Assembly: GCA_049689695.1 (NCBI GenBank)
Contig: JBAVMD010000497.1
Span: 1 to 32,376 of the forward strand
Origin: Chitinophagaceae bacterium
GTDB lineage: Bacteria; Bacteroidota; Bacteroidia; Chitinophagales; Chitinophagaceae
Reading direction: 5' to 3'
DNA: 32,376 bases
Part shown: positions 24,038 to 31,328 of the stretch, piece after piece
How positions within the stretch are numbered: the stretch's first letter is position 1
Layout of the letters: each line of letters begins with the position of its first letter
Made by a program: the position numbers and the translations under genes
Notes under the pieces: model-generated
The model's database searches: none
What the model saw: only the letters and a program-made list of their open reading frames with translations
What the model was told of the DNA's origin: nothing

Positions 24038-26270
24038 GTTTTTTTGCAACCGCAGGCTGCAGCAATGAATGAAAATTACTGAAGGGCTTCACGTTGTAGG
24101 GATTGTCAAGCGCTTCAAACAGGTCAAGCTTTTCGCTTTGTGTAAGATGAAAGTTCAATGTGGCACGCGCCTCATCTTTCTTTGGATAATATTGAATGGA
24201 TATCTTGTGAAAATTCTTACCGAACAATTCACTTGTAAGGCTCATGATATCGTTCTGCTGAAACTCCTGGATCTTGTACCAGTTATACTGCAGCAGAAAT
24301 GCAGGCTTGGTGAACACATCATTGATATTGCCTGATTCATAAGGATATTCCCACGCGCCTGTTTTGCGGTCGCGTATCTGCACTACAATTACACCGCTTG
24401 TATTTTCCAATATCCATTGCCTGAACACGTGTAAAAATCTTGCAGCCGTTTCCTGTCCGTAATTATCACGAAAGCCAGAGTCCATTACATCAATAACGGG
24501 ATCGCAGGGCAGCCAGACATTCGGCAGTATATAAGGAAATGTTGCATTCATGCGCAGCACGGTGAGCATACGCACGCTCATGGGGTCCTGTTTTGTAAAA
24601 AGCGCACCGTAATCAACAGCATCGGGATCGATAAAATTAGCAGTATCGCTAACAGGCCGCATTAAAAAGCTAACAGGCTGGCTGCTCACCAGCAGCTTTC
24701 TTCCATCACGTGTGATCACAGGATGAAACAGCATCAGCGGAATGCTGGCACTTGCTTCATCGGCTATATAATCTTTTAATTGATGGTCGAGCATACCCCG
24801 TGTATTATCGCTCAGCTTTTGCTCGAAAGCATAACCACGGTCTTTTACGAACATATAATTGCCCACGCGGAATTTATGAGCGGGCGATGCAAGGTCCCTG
24901 GCCACGAAAGAAGAGAACAGGGGATTCAAAAGATCGCCTGAAATATCGTCTATATATTTCCTGTCTTGCAGGTTAATATTACTTCCTTTTGTTTTTTGCC
25001 TGTACAACTCCCTGAAATAAGCAGCGCCCAGCATTCCGCCAGATGAACCGGTGATCAGAAAAGTCTTGCGCATCAGTTCACCGCCGCTTAAGCTATCCAA
25101 TCGCTGCAATGCATTCATTGTAAAAGTTGCGCTGCGTGTGCCGCCGCCACTGGTATTAAGAATTACCATCACTGGTTTTTCTTCTGTCTGCCTGCGCTTC
25201 CAATTCTCCAGTATCTGCAGCATTTTTTGTTTGTCCGCTTCAACGCGGTCTGTGGCGCAGAGCCGCAATAATGTTTCGCGTGAATACTTCGGACGCTCAT
25301 TGCTATTGGTATAATTGATGCCATAAGCTTTATTGGTTGGGTCGATGATATTGTAGCGATATAAAGTATTGATCACAATAAACAGCAGTATCACAAAAGG
25401 AATGCTCCAGCTTTGAAGGAAATAAGAAAATGCGCCAGCAACTGCAATGAACACTGCAAAGAACACGATAACGCTGGCAGCAGCCGGCAATTGAAAAATG
25501 CGGTTGTCGAGAAAGAAACCGAGGCCAATCAGAAAGATGAATGCAATGAAGATAGAAAGCACCGCAGCAAAATGATGGCGGCTGAACATTGCCTCGATGA
25601 ATTCGCGGCTGTAATGCGATACATCTCTCACTTTCTTTACATGACCGGGCGAGTTAAGATACCATTCCACTTTAATGAGACGGCTTTCATGTAACCGCAT
25701 TCCCCTGTGCCTGAATTGTGTTTTGAATAAGCGCGGGTTGCTGATCACAGGCGTCATGCGGCGGATAATGCTTTTATCTGCCCTGAAAAAATACAGGAAT
25801 GAAAGCAGGATGATGCTTATCAATCCAAAAAGAAATCCAAATACCAGCAGGGTAATCTGCCCCGCAGACATCAATTCCTTGTGCGACGCAAAAGGTATTC
25901 CCCTGAAAAAGTAAAACCCGATGAAAAGCAAGGGAATGATGGAATTGTTGATGCAGTATTTAAGAAACGGATTGGTGGTAGTGGCTAAGAATTTAAAATG
26001 ACGACTGAATAAAATGAAAGTGGTGATGTTCCAGCTCATAATAAATACCGCAAGCGCGGCACCTACAATGGATGCACTTATTGCATTCACCTCACCCAGG
26101 TATTCAGGCGCAAGAAATAAAGAATTTGCCCCGAATGTTTGCATGAACGAGCCATTCACGGTGCTGAACAACAGCAGCCAGAACAACAGCAATACCTGGA
26201 ATTTTTTTAAATGCAGGATCACCAGCTGTACAGGAAAGGAATAATAGACTGATCTTAAGAATTTCCACAT
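24021..26270 (-). CDS. Polytopic membrane protein with C-terminal patatin-like phospholipase domain
   Basis: 749 aa. The first ~330 aa hold roughly 7 hydrophobic helices. Then come the oxyanion motif SGGGTRSA, the nucleophile elbow GSSGG and the Asp motif MDSGFRDN (Ser-Asp dyad layout). The 3' end overlaps the convergent kinase gene by 17 nt. Confidence 0.82.
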   Translation of the reverse strand: MWKFLRSVYYSFPVQLVILHLKKFQVLLLFWLLLFSTVNGSFMQTFGANSLFLAPEYLGEVNAISASIVGAALAVFIMSWNITTFILFSRHFKFLATTTNPFLKYCINNSIIPLLFIGFYFFRGIPFASHKELMSAGQITLLVFGFLFGLISIILLSFLYFFRADKSIIRRMTPVISNPRLFKTQFRHRGMRLHESRLIKVEWYLNSPGHVKKVRDVSHYSREFIEAMFSRHHFAAVLSIFIAFIFLIGLGFFLDNRIFQLPAAASVIVFFAVFIAVAGAFSYFLQSWSIPFVILLFIVINTLYRYNIIDPTNKAYGINYTNSNERPKYSRETLLRLCATDRVEADKQKMLQILENWKRRQTEEKPVMVILNTSGGGTRSATFTMNALQRLDSLSGGELMRKTFLITGSSGGMLGAAYFRELYRQKTKGSNINLQDRKYIDDISGDLLNPLFSSFVARDLASPAHKFRVGNYMFVKDRGYAFEQKLSDNTRGMLDHQLKDYIADEASASIPLMLFHPVITRDGRKLLVSSQPVSFLMRPVSDTANFIDPDAVDYGALFTKQDPMSVRMLTVLRMNATFPYILPNVWLPCDPVIDVMDSGFRDNYGQETAARFLHVFRQWILENTSGVIVVQIRDRKTGAWEYPYESGNINDVFTKPAFLLQYNWYKIQEFQQNDIMSLTSELFGKNFHKISIQYYPKKDEARATLNFHLTQSEKLDLFEALDNPYNVKPFSNFHSLLQPAVAKKLTKAE

Positions 26271-26359
26271 ATCATTCGGTAAGCGTTTCTATCTGCCCCA
26301 TGAAAGCAGCAGCTGGCTGGTTTATAAACGATAAGACAAACCTTAAATTATAGTCAGCT

Positions 26360-27448
26360 TTAAATTAACGCATTCCGGCGACGATTGGAAATGGAATTTC
26401 CCGTAAGGAGAAAATACATGGCTACAAGACTTAACACGAATAACATACCGGTTACCTGGTGCAGCTGCGCCAGCCATTCAAATGTTCCCCAATGTCCGGG
26501 AACAATCTTGCTGCTGGCAAACAGCGAGGCAATGCCCAGCAATACCTGGATAATTACCAATAAAAGCGGGATCCACCTTGTTTTTCTGAAAAGGGGAGTC
26601 CGGGGGGTCGCTTTGATGGTCCATATCACCACCAGTATTGCCAGCAAATAGGCCAGCATGCGGTGCACGAAATGAATAGTGATGGTATTATCTATGAAAT
26701 TGAACAGGAAAGGGCTTTCGCGGAACAGGCTTGCCGGAAACCAGTCTCCGTTAATAGTGGGCCATGTTGGTGCAGCAGTAGCAGCCTTATGCCCGGCCAT
26801 CAATGCACCGAATATGAGCTGAACAAATACGATCGCAATCAGCCAGCCCGTGAACTTTCTCAATGGCGGATGGGAGGATATTTGCTGTGGCGGCACCATC
26901 AACTGTAATCCAAACCAGAAAGTACAGGCTATCAGTCCTAATGCAAAAACAAAATGAAGCGCAAGCTTAGTTGGCTTTACATAAACCGCATCGCCTGTAA
27001 GCCCGCTTTTTACCATGACCCAACCGATAACGCCTTGCAACGCACCAAATAAAAAAAGCAATACCAGCGGGCGGATCATTTCTTTCCTGATCTTCCGCTG
27101 AATAAGAAAAACAAAAAAAGGTATTGCAAAAGCGATCCCGATAAGCCGGCCCCAGAAACGGTGAAACCATTCCCAGAAAAAAATGAATTTGAAATCGCCC
27201 AAAGTAAAATCGCGGTTGATGATCTGGAACTGCGGCGTAGTTTTATATTTTTCAAACTCCTCCATCCATCTTTGTTCGTTCAGCGGGGGGATAGCGCCGG
27301 TAACCACGTCCCATTCTGTAATGGAAAGGCCCGAGCCTGTAAGCCGTGTTATGCCTCCGAGTATTACCTGCACCAACAGCATGAAAACGCCTAACATGAT
27401 CCAGTTGGCCACTGCGCGTGAAGAGGATGTGCCTGCGTTTGTTTGCAT
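26360..27448 (-). CDS. ctaA: Heme A synthase (COX15/CtaA family)
   Basis: About 362 aa with 8 predicted TM helices and conserved His in helices, the COX15-like layout. The first ATG is at 27448-27446 (MQTNAGTSS); the ORF-track start at 27457 is a TTG that lies inside the -7 box. Confidence 0.8.
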   Translation of the reverse strand: MQTNAGTSSSRAVANWIMLGVFMLLVQVILGGITRLTGSGLSITEWDVVTGAIPPLNEQRWMEEFEKYKTTPQFQIINRDFTLGDFKFIFFWEWFHRFWGRLIGIAFAIPFFVFLIQRKIRKEMIRPLVLLFLFGALQGVIGWVMVKSGLTGDAVYVKPTKLALHFVFALGLIACTFWFGLQLMVPPQQISSHPPLRKFTGWLIAIVFVQLIFGALMAGHKAATAAPTWPTINGDWFPASLFRESPFLFNFIDNTITIHFVHRMLAYLLAILVVIWTIKATPRTPLFRKTRWIPLLLVIIQVLLGIASLFASSKIVPGHWGTFEWLAQLHQVTGMLFVLSLVAMYFLLTGNSISNRRRNALI

Positions 27449-27454
27449 CGCGTG

Positions 27455-27462
27455 CAAAGGTA
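27455..27462 (-). promoter_or_regulatory. Bacteroidota-type -7 promoter box (TACCTTTG on the minus strand)
   Basis: Plus strand reads CAAAGGTA, a perfect TAnnTTTG on the minus strand. Six nt separate it from the ctaA ATG at 27448. Confidence 0.5.
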
Positions 27463-27537
27463 GGGGCGGAAATTTTGTTCACATTTTTTTTCACATTGAA
27501 CGCCGGATTACCTTCTTCATTAGCTTGCGTGCAGCTT

Positions 27538-28203
27538 ATGTTGAAAACCTATTTTCGAGGAGATGTGATAGAAGCCGGCTGCGATGAGGCCGGGCGCGGA
27601 TGCCTTGCGGGCCCCGTGTTTGCTGCCGCCGTTATACTTCCGCAGAACTTTTATCATCCATTGCTGAACGACTCAAAGCAGGTAACGGCCGAGCATCGTG
27701 CAGAACTAAGGGTTTTCATTGAAGAAAATGCAGTGAGCTATGCGGTGGCAAGAGTTGATCACGATGAAATAGACCGCATCAATATTCTCAAAGCTTCTTT
27801 TAAAGCAATGCACCTGGCGGTAAAAAAGCTCAGGCAAAGACCGCAATTGTTACTGATAGATGGCAACCGCTTTACCCCTTATAAAAAGATCCCGCACGAA
27901 TGCGTGATACAGGGCGATGGTATCTATGCTTCCATTGCAGCGGCCAGCATACTTGCAAAAACTTATCGCGATGCGTACATGCTGCGGCTGCATAAAAAAC
28001 ATCCGCAATACGGCTGGGACCATAACAAGGCTTATGCAACGGCCTGCCATCGCAAGGCAATAGATGAGCATGGGCTTACGCCTTATCACAGAAGATCTTT
28101 CCAATGCAGTAAAATACAATTGGAATTGATGCTGAATAAAGAAAGTCCCGCGATCAATCAATTTGTACATCAGCAGGTAAACACTGTTAGCGTATCTCTT
28201 TGA
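27538..28203 (+). CDS. rnhB: Ribonuclease HII
   Basis: Start at ATG 27538 gives MLKTYFRGDVIEAGCDEAGRGCLAGPV (DEAGRG active-site motif). The 40 codons upstream in the ORF track are not RNase HII-like. The C-terminal tail runs about 25 aa past HRRSF. Confidence 0.9.
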   Translation: MLKTYFRGDVIEAGCDEAGRGCLAGPVFAAAVILPQNFYHPLLNDSKQVTAEHRAELRVFIEENAVSYAVARVDHDEIDRINILKASFKAMHLAVKKLRQRPQLLLIDGNRFTPYKKIPHECVIQGDGIYASIAAASILAKTYRDAYMLRLHKKHPQYGWDHNKAYATACHRKAIDEHGLTPYHRRSFQCSKIQLELMLNKESPAINQFVHQQVNTVSVSL

Positions 28204-29146
28204 AGAAAGTTCTCTTCACATCTTCCCATTCATTTTTCAAAACAGCAAAATAGATCGAGTCGCGTCTTCTTTCGCTATGCATCTGCATGTGATTGCGCAA
28301 AACACCTTCGGGCGTTGCGCCTATTTTACGAAGCGCTGCTTTGGAGCGTTCGTTAAGGTTATCGGTTTTGATCTCAACCCTTTCCCATTGCAATGTTTCT
28401 AAAGCATACCGCAGTAATAAAAATTTAGCGTGCGTATTTACACCGGTGCCTTTGAATGCATCGCCCAGCCAACTCCATCCGATCTCGATGCGTTTATCGT
28501 GAAAAGAAATACTTCCATAACTGGTGCTGCCCGCCACTGCATTGCGTTCTTTATCGATCACCAGAAAAGGAACTCTTCTTTCATAGCCGTAGTCCTGCAT
28601 GGCATCGTTCATCCAGCCTTTAAAAGCATCGCGCGATGAGAGATCTTTTACGAAATACTTCCAGGTAGTGTCTGAAGAAGTAAGTTTTTGAAGTTCGGCT
28701 TCGTCTTCTTCGCGCAGCACGCGCAGTTGCACCCGCTCTGTTTCGAGCGTAAGATTTGCAGGAAAGTAAGTCTCGAATGGCCCGGAGTTCAGGTCTTTAC
28801 CAAACTTAAGCGTATAGCCATTGTTATCTTTAATAGCAAACTCCCGCATGCCATGCGGAACTTCTTTCAGCGGATAAATAACTTCCGCCTTTTCTTTAAG
28901 TTTTTGCCAGGTTGCTTCTATATCGGTTGGATAGAAGTAAAGACCGCCCGTTGCCGGCTGCTGTTGCTTATCTGCATTGAGGGTGATGAACACAAGCCTT
29001 ACATTGTCTTTGTGCAGCATGCAACTGGTTTCACCTTCGTGCCCGAAGCTATCGCCCTGTTTAAAACCCAGCACATTTGTATAGAAATCGATGGTTTGCG
29101 GCATGCTGTGGGTTTCCAGTACGGGTGTAAGATTCTTTAAGAACAT
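28187..29146 (-). CDS. Fusion protein: N-terminal VOC (glyoxalase/bleomycin-resistance fold) domain + C-terminal GNAT (RimJ/RimL-like) acetyltransferase
   Basis: 319 aa. Residues ~1-120 look like a VOC module (LGFK...REFAIKDNNGYTLKFG). Residues ~135-319 are Acetyltransf_3-like (IGWSWLGDAFKGTGVNTHAKFLLLRYALETLQWERVEIKTDNLNERSKAALRKIGATPEGVLRNHM). It starts 12 nt below the tsaC stop codon. Confidence 0.75.
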   Translation of the reverse strand: MFLKNLTPVLETHSMPQTIDFYTNVLGFKQGDSFGHEGETSCMLHKDNVRLVFITLNADKQQQPATGGLYFYPTDIEATWQKLKEKAEVIYPLKEVPHGMREFAIKDNNGYTLKFGKDLNSGPFETYFPANLTLETERVQLRVLREEDEAELQKLTSSDTTWKYFVKDLSSRDAFKGWMNDAMQDYGYERRVPFLVIDKERNAVAGSTSYGSISFHDKRIEIGWSWLGDAFKGTGVNTHAKFLLLRYALETLQWERVEIKTDNLNERSKAALRKIGATPEGVLRNHMQMHSERRRDSIYFAVLKNEWEDVKRTFFKEIR

Positions 29147-29158
29147 ATTGCTCGATTG

Positions 29159-29767
29159 TTACGATTCCCAAAGGCCGGCGCCCTGGCGCAGCAAAACAGG
29201 TTCGGGGCCGGTGCAATCGATAATGGTTGAAGGTACAATACCGCCTGTTCCGCCATCGATCACAAGGTCTACAAGATTACCAAATTGCTCGTAAATGGCC
29301 TCCGGATCGGTGTAATGTTCTACCATTTCGCCGGGTAAAGAGGCGCTGAGCACCGGCCTTCCCAATTCGCCCACAATGGTTAGAGCGATGGTATTATCTG
29401 GTATGCGCAGGCCGATCGTATGCTTTTTACTCTGCAGCATTTTTGGTACTTCTTTGCTGGCGGGGAGAATAAAGGTGTAGGGGCCGGGTAAATATTCTTT
29501 CAGCAGCCGGTAAGTGGGGGTTGGTAATTGCTTGGCGTACAGGCTCAGGTTGCTGAGGTCGTGACACACGAACGAAAGTTGTGCTTTAGCGGGTTGAACC
29601 CGCTTGATCCTGCTGATCCTTTCAACGGCTTTGTGCTGAAAGATGTCGCAGCCGAGTCCATAGATCGTATCAGTAGGATAAATGATTACCCCGCCCTGTT
29701 CAAGGCAATCTTTTACTATCTGCATCTTTCTTGGTTCCGGGTTATCGGGATGAACGTGTAAAAGCAT
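29159..29767 (-). CDS. tsaC: L-threonylcarbamoyladenylate synthase (TsaC/YrdC family)
   Basis: 202 aa. YPTDTIYGLGCD and the overall YrdC-domain pattern, with no Sua5 C-terminal domain. Confidence 0.85.
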   Translation of the reverse strand: MLLHVHPDNPEPRKMQIVKDCLEQGGVIIYPTDTIYGLGCDIFQHKAVERISRIKRVQPAKAQLSFVCHDLSNLSLYAKQLPTPTYRLLKEYLPGPYTFILPASKEVPKMLQSKKHTIGLRIPDNTIALTIVGELGRPVLSASLPGEMVEHYTDPEAIYEQFGNLVDLVIDGGTGGIVPSTIIDCTGPEPVLLRQGAGLWES

Positions 29768-29785
29768 ATAATTCGATAGGTCCCC

Positions 29786-29846
29786 GCCGGGGTGGGGTGG
29801 TTAGGAGTACACCCTGACGGGTCTCCATTTGCACTCCCACTCCGGC
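29786..29846. other. GC-rich nested stem-loop in the tsaC/cupin divergent spacer (candidate structured RNA or protein-binding site)
   Basis: GCCGGGGTGGGG (29786-97) pairs with TCCCACTCCGGC (29835-46) over 12 bp, including 2 G-U pairs if read on the plus strand. This stem encloses a second hairpin at 29804-29826 (GGAG/CTCC plus ACCC/GGGT, loop TGAC). GC content is well above the surrounding spacer. Confidence 0.4.
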
Positions 29847-29906
29847 AGGGTCAGGTTAAACGAATGTCAAATCTTGCAACACTATCGGTAACAATTTATT
29901 AATATA

Positions 29907-29914
29907 TATTTTTG
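29907..29914 (+). promoter_or_regulatory. Bacteroidota-type -7 promoter box (TATTTTTG)
   Basis: Perfect TAnnTTTG. Eighteen nt separate it from the ATG at 29933. Confidence 0.5.
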
Positions 29915-29932
29915 CCGGATAAATTCTTCGCT

Positions 29933-30829
29933 ATGCAGTTAAGCGTGGTTGACAAGGTAGCAAATATTCAGCCCGGGGAGTTCAGAGATAAATACTATAA
30001 CCCCATGAGGCCAGTAGTTATTAAAGACCTTGCTAAGCAATGGCCGGCTTTCTCAAAATGGGACTGGGACCTGTTTCAACAGGTGGTAGGCGAAGTAGAA
30101 GTAGGCGTTTACAACAATATCAAAAGCGATGCGTACACGCCCGTTAATAAGGCTGACGACTATATGAAGTTTGGCCGGTACATCGATATGGTACGTAAAG
30201 GTCCGGCTGAATGGAGAATTTTTCTTTTCAATATTTTCGATCACGCGCCGCAGCTGATAACAGATTTCAGCTGGCCTGAGCATCTTGCAACAGGTTTTGT
30301 AAAGCGCTATCCCATGCTGTTTGTGGGCGGAAAAGGGTCCATCACGCACATGCATTTTGATATTGATCTTTCCCACATCTTTCATACGCAGTTCGTAGGA
30401 AGAAAAAGAGTTTTACTCTTTCCTTTCGAAGAGCAGCATAAGCTCTACCGCAAGCCCTGGGAAGTGATGAGCTTTGTGAATTTTGAAAAATACTTCGATC
30501 ACTCCAACAATAAGCTTGATATGCAAAAGCATCCTGCCCTGGAGCTTGCCAGGGGATACGAGGTGATACTTGAACATGGTGATACCCTGTTTATGCCTGC
30601 AGGCTACTGGCATCATATGGAGTACCTCGATAGCGGGTTTGCGATGAGCCTCCGCGCCATGCAAAATTCACTCTCAGGTAAGCTAAAGGGTGCATGGAAT
30701 TTATTCGGGATGCGCAGCATAGATACGCTCATGAAAAAAACCGCACCTGAATGGTGGTTCAATTATAAGAAAGAGAAAACCTTTAAGGCTGCAGAAAAAG
30801 AATTACAGGAGTTACACTCCATCGCTTAA
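29933..30829 (+). CDS. JmjC/cupin-8-like Fe(II)/2-oxoglutarate-dependent oxygenase
   Basis: First ATG at 29933; the ORF-track start at 29912 is a TTG. HxD motif in GSITHMHFDID, then QFVGRKRVLLFP, then the distal His in MPAGYWHHMEY. Confidence 0.75.
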   Translation: MQLSVVDKVANIQPGEFRDKYYNPMRPVVIKDLAKQWPAFSKWDWDLFQQVVGEVEVGVYNNIKSDAYTPVNKADDYMKFGRYIDMVRKGPAEWRIFLFNIFDHAPQLITDFSWPEHLATGFVKRYPMLFVGGKGSITHMHFDIDLSHIFHTQFVGRKRVLLFPFEEQHKLYRKPWEVMSFVNFEKYFDHSNNKLDMQKHPALELARGYEVILEHGDTLFMPAGYWHHMEYLDSGFAMSLRAMQNSLSGKLKGAWNLFGMRSIDTLMKKTAPEWWFNYKKEKTFKAAEKELQELHSIA

Positions 30830-31194
30830 CGAGGCGATCCCGAAGTGTAAAAAAATTATTAAATAATAATTGCTTTTTCAGAAAACAGTCTTTAATTTAG
30901 CCCAGCTTATGCACTGAATCACTGGGTTATCAGTATGTGCATCGCTCCAATCTCCAAGCATCCAATTTCCAAAAACTGCTTTTTTCCAATTCCACGCCAA
31001 CAGGCTTTTGAAAAATGATGTTGTTTCCGCTCTGTTTCGTAGAGCTATGACCGTTACCCGCCCAACGATTTTTTTAATTCTAACAAACTAATAGAACGAT
31101 TGCCGTAACTAATACTAACTGCTTCTTTTCCAGACTAGTGAATTTAGCTTACGAATCAAATTCTTTCTTTTTGTGGTTTCAGAGGTAAGCACAG

Positions 31195-31225
31195 GCCGGC
31201 GATTTCCATCGTCGGCATTTTTTTT
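31195..31225 (+). terminator. Plus-strand rho-independent terminator with no annotated gene to serve
   Basis: Stem GCCGGCGA (31195-31202) pairs with TCGTCGGC (31209-16) over 8 bp (1 G-U) around a 6-nt loop. It is followed by A then T8 (31218-25). It lies 366 nt past the cupin stop codon. Confidence 0.65.
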
Positions 31226-31258
31226 ACCTATCTGGCCGCTTTGAGCGGCCTGATAGGT
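31226..31258. terminator. 14-bp hairpin flanked by T8 (5') and A7 (3'): bidirectional terminator-like structure
   Basis: ACCTATCTGGCCGC (31226-39) pairs with GCGGCCTGATAGGT (31245-58) at 13/14, loop TTTGA. Confidence 0.65.
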
Positions 31259-31284
31259 AAAAAAAGCTTCCCAATGGGAAGCTT
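31259..31284 (-). terminator. Rho-independent terminator of korB
   Basis: Perfect 9-bp stem AAGCTTCCC/GGGAAGCTT (31264-84) with loop AAT. It is followed on the minus strand by a U-run that overlaps the stem base (plus-strand A7 at 31259-65). An additional hairpin CCGGATC/GATCCGG at 31302-20 lies 9 nt below the korB stop codon. Confidence 0.75.
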
Positions 31285-31328
31285 GATTTATTTAAGAGAT
31301 TCCGGATCAGAGAGATCCGGGATACACA

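Noticed and set aside
29786-29846. GC-rich stem-loop as SRP RNA, tRNA or a known riboswitch
   Set aside because: It lacks the SRP helix-8 GGAA/AGCA motifs, a cloverleaf with T-loop GTTCRA, and the conserved cores I can recall for the TPP, SAM, FMN, glycine, fluoride, c-di-GMP and preQ1 classes. I keep it only as an unclassified structure.
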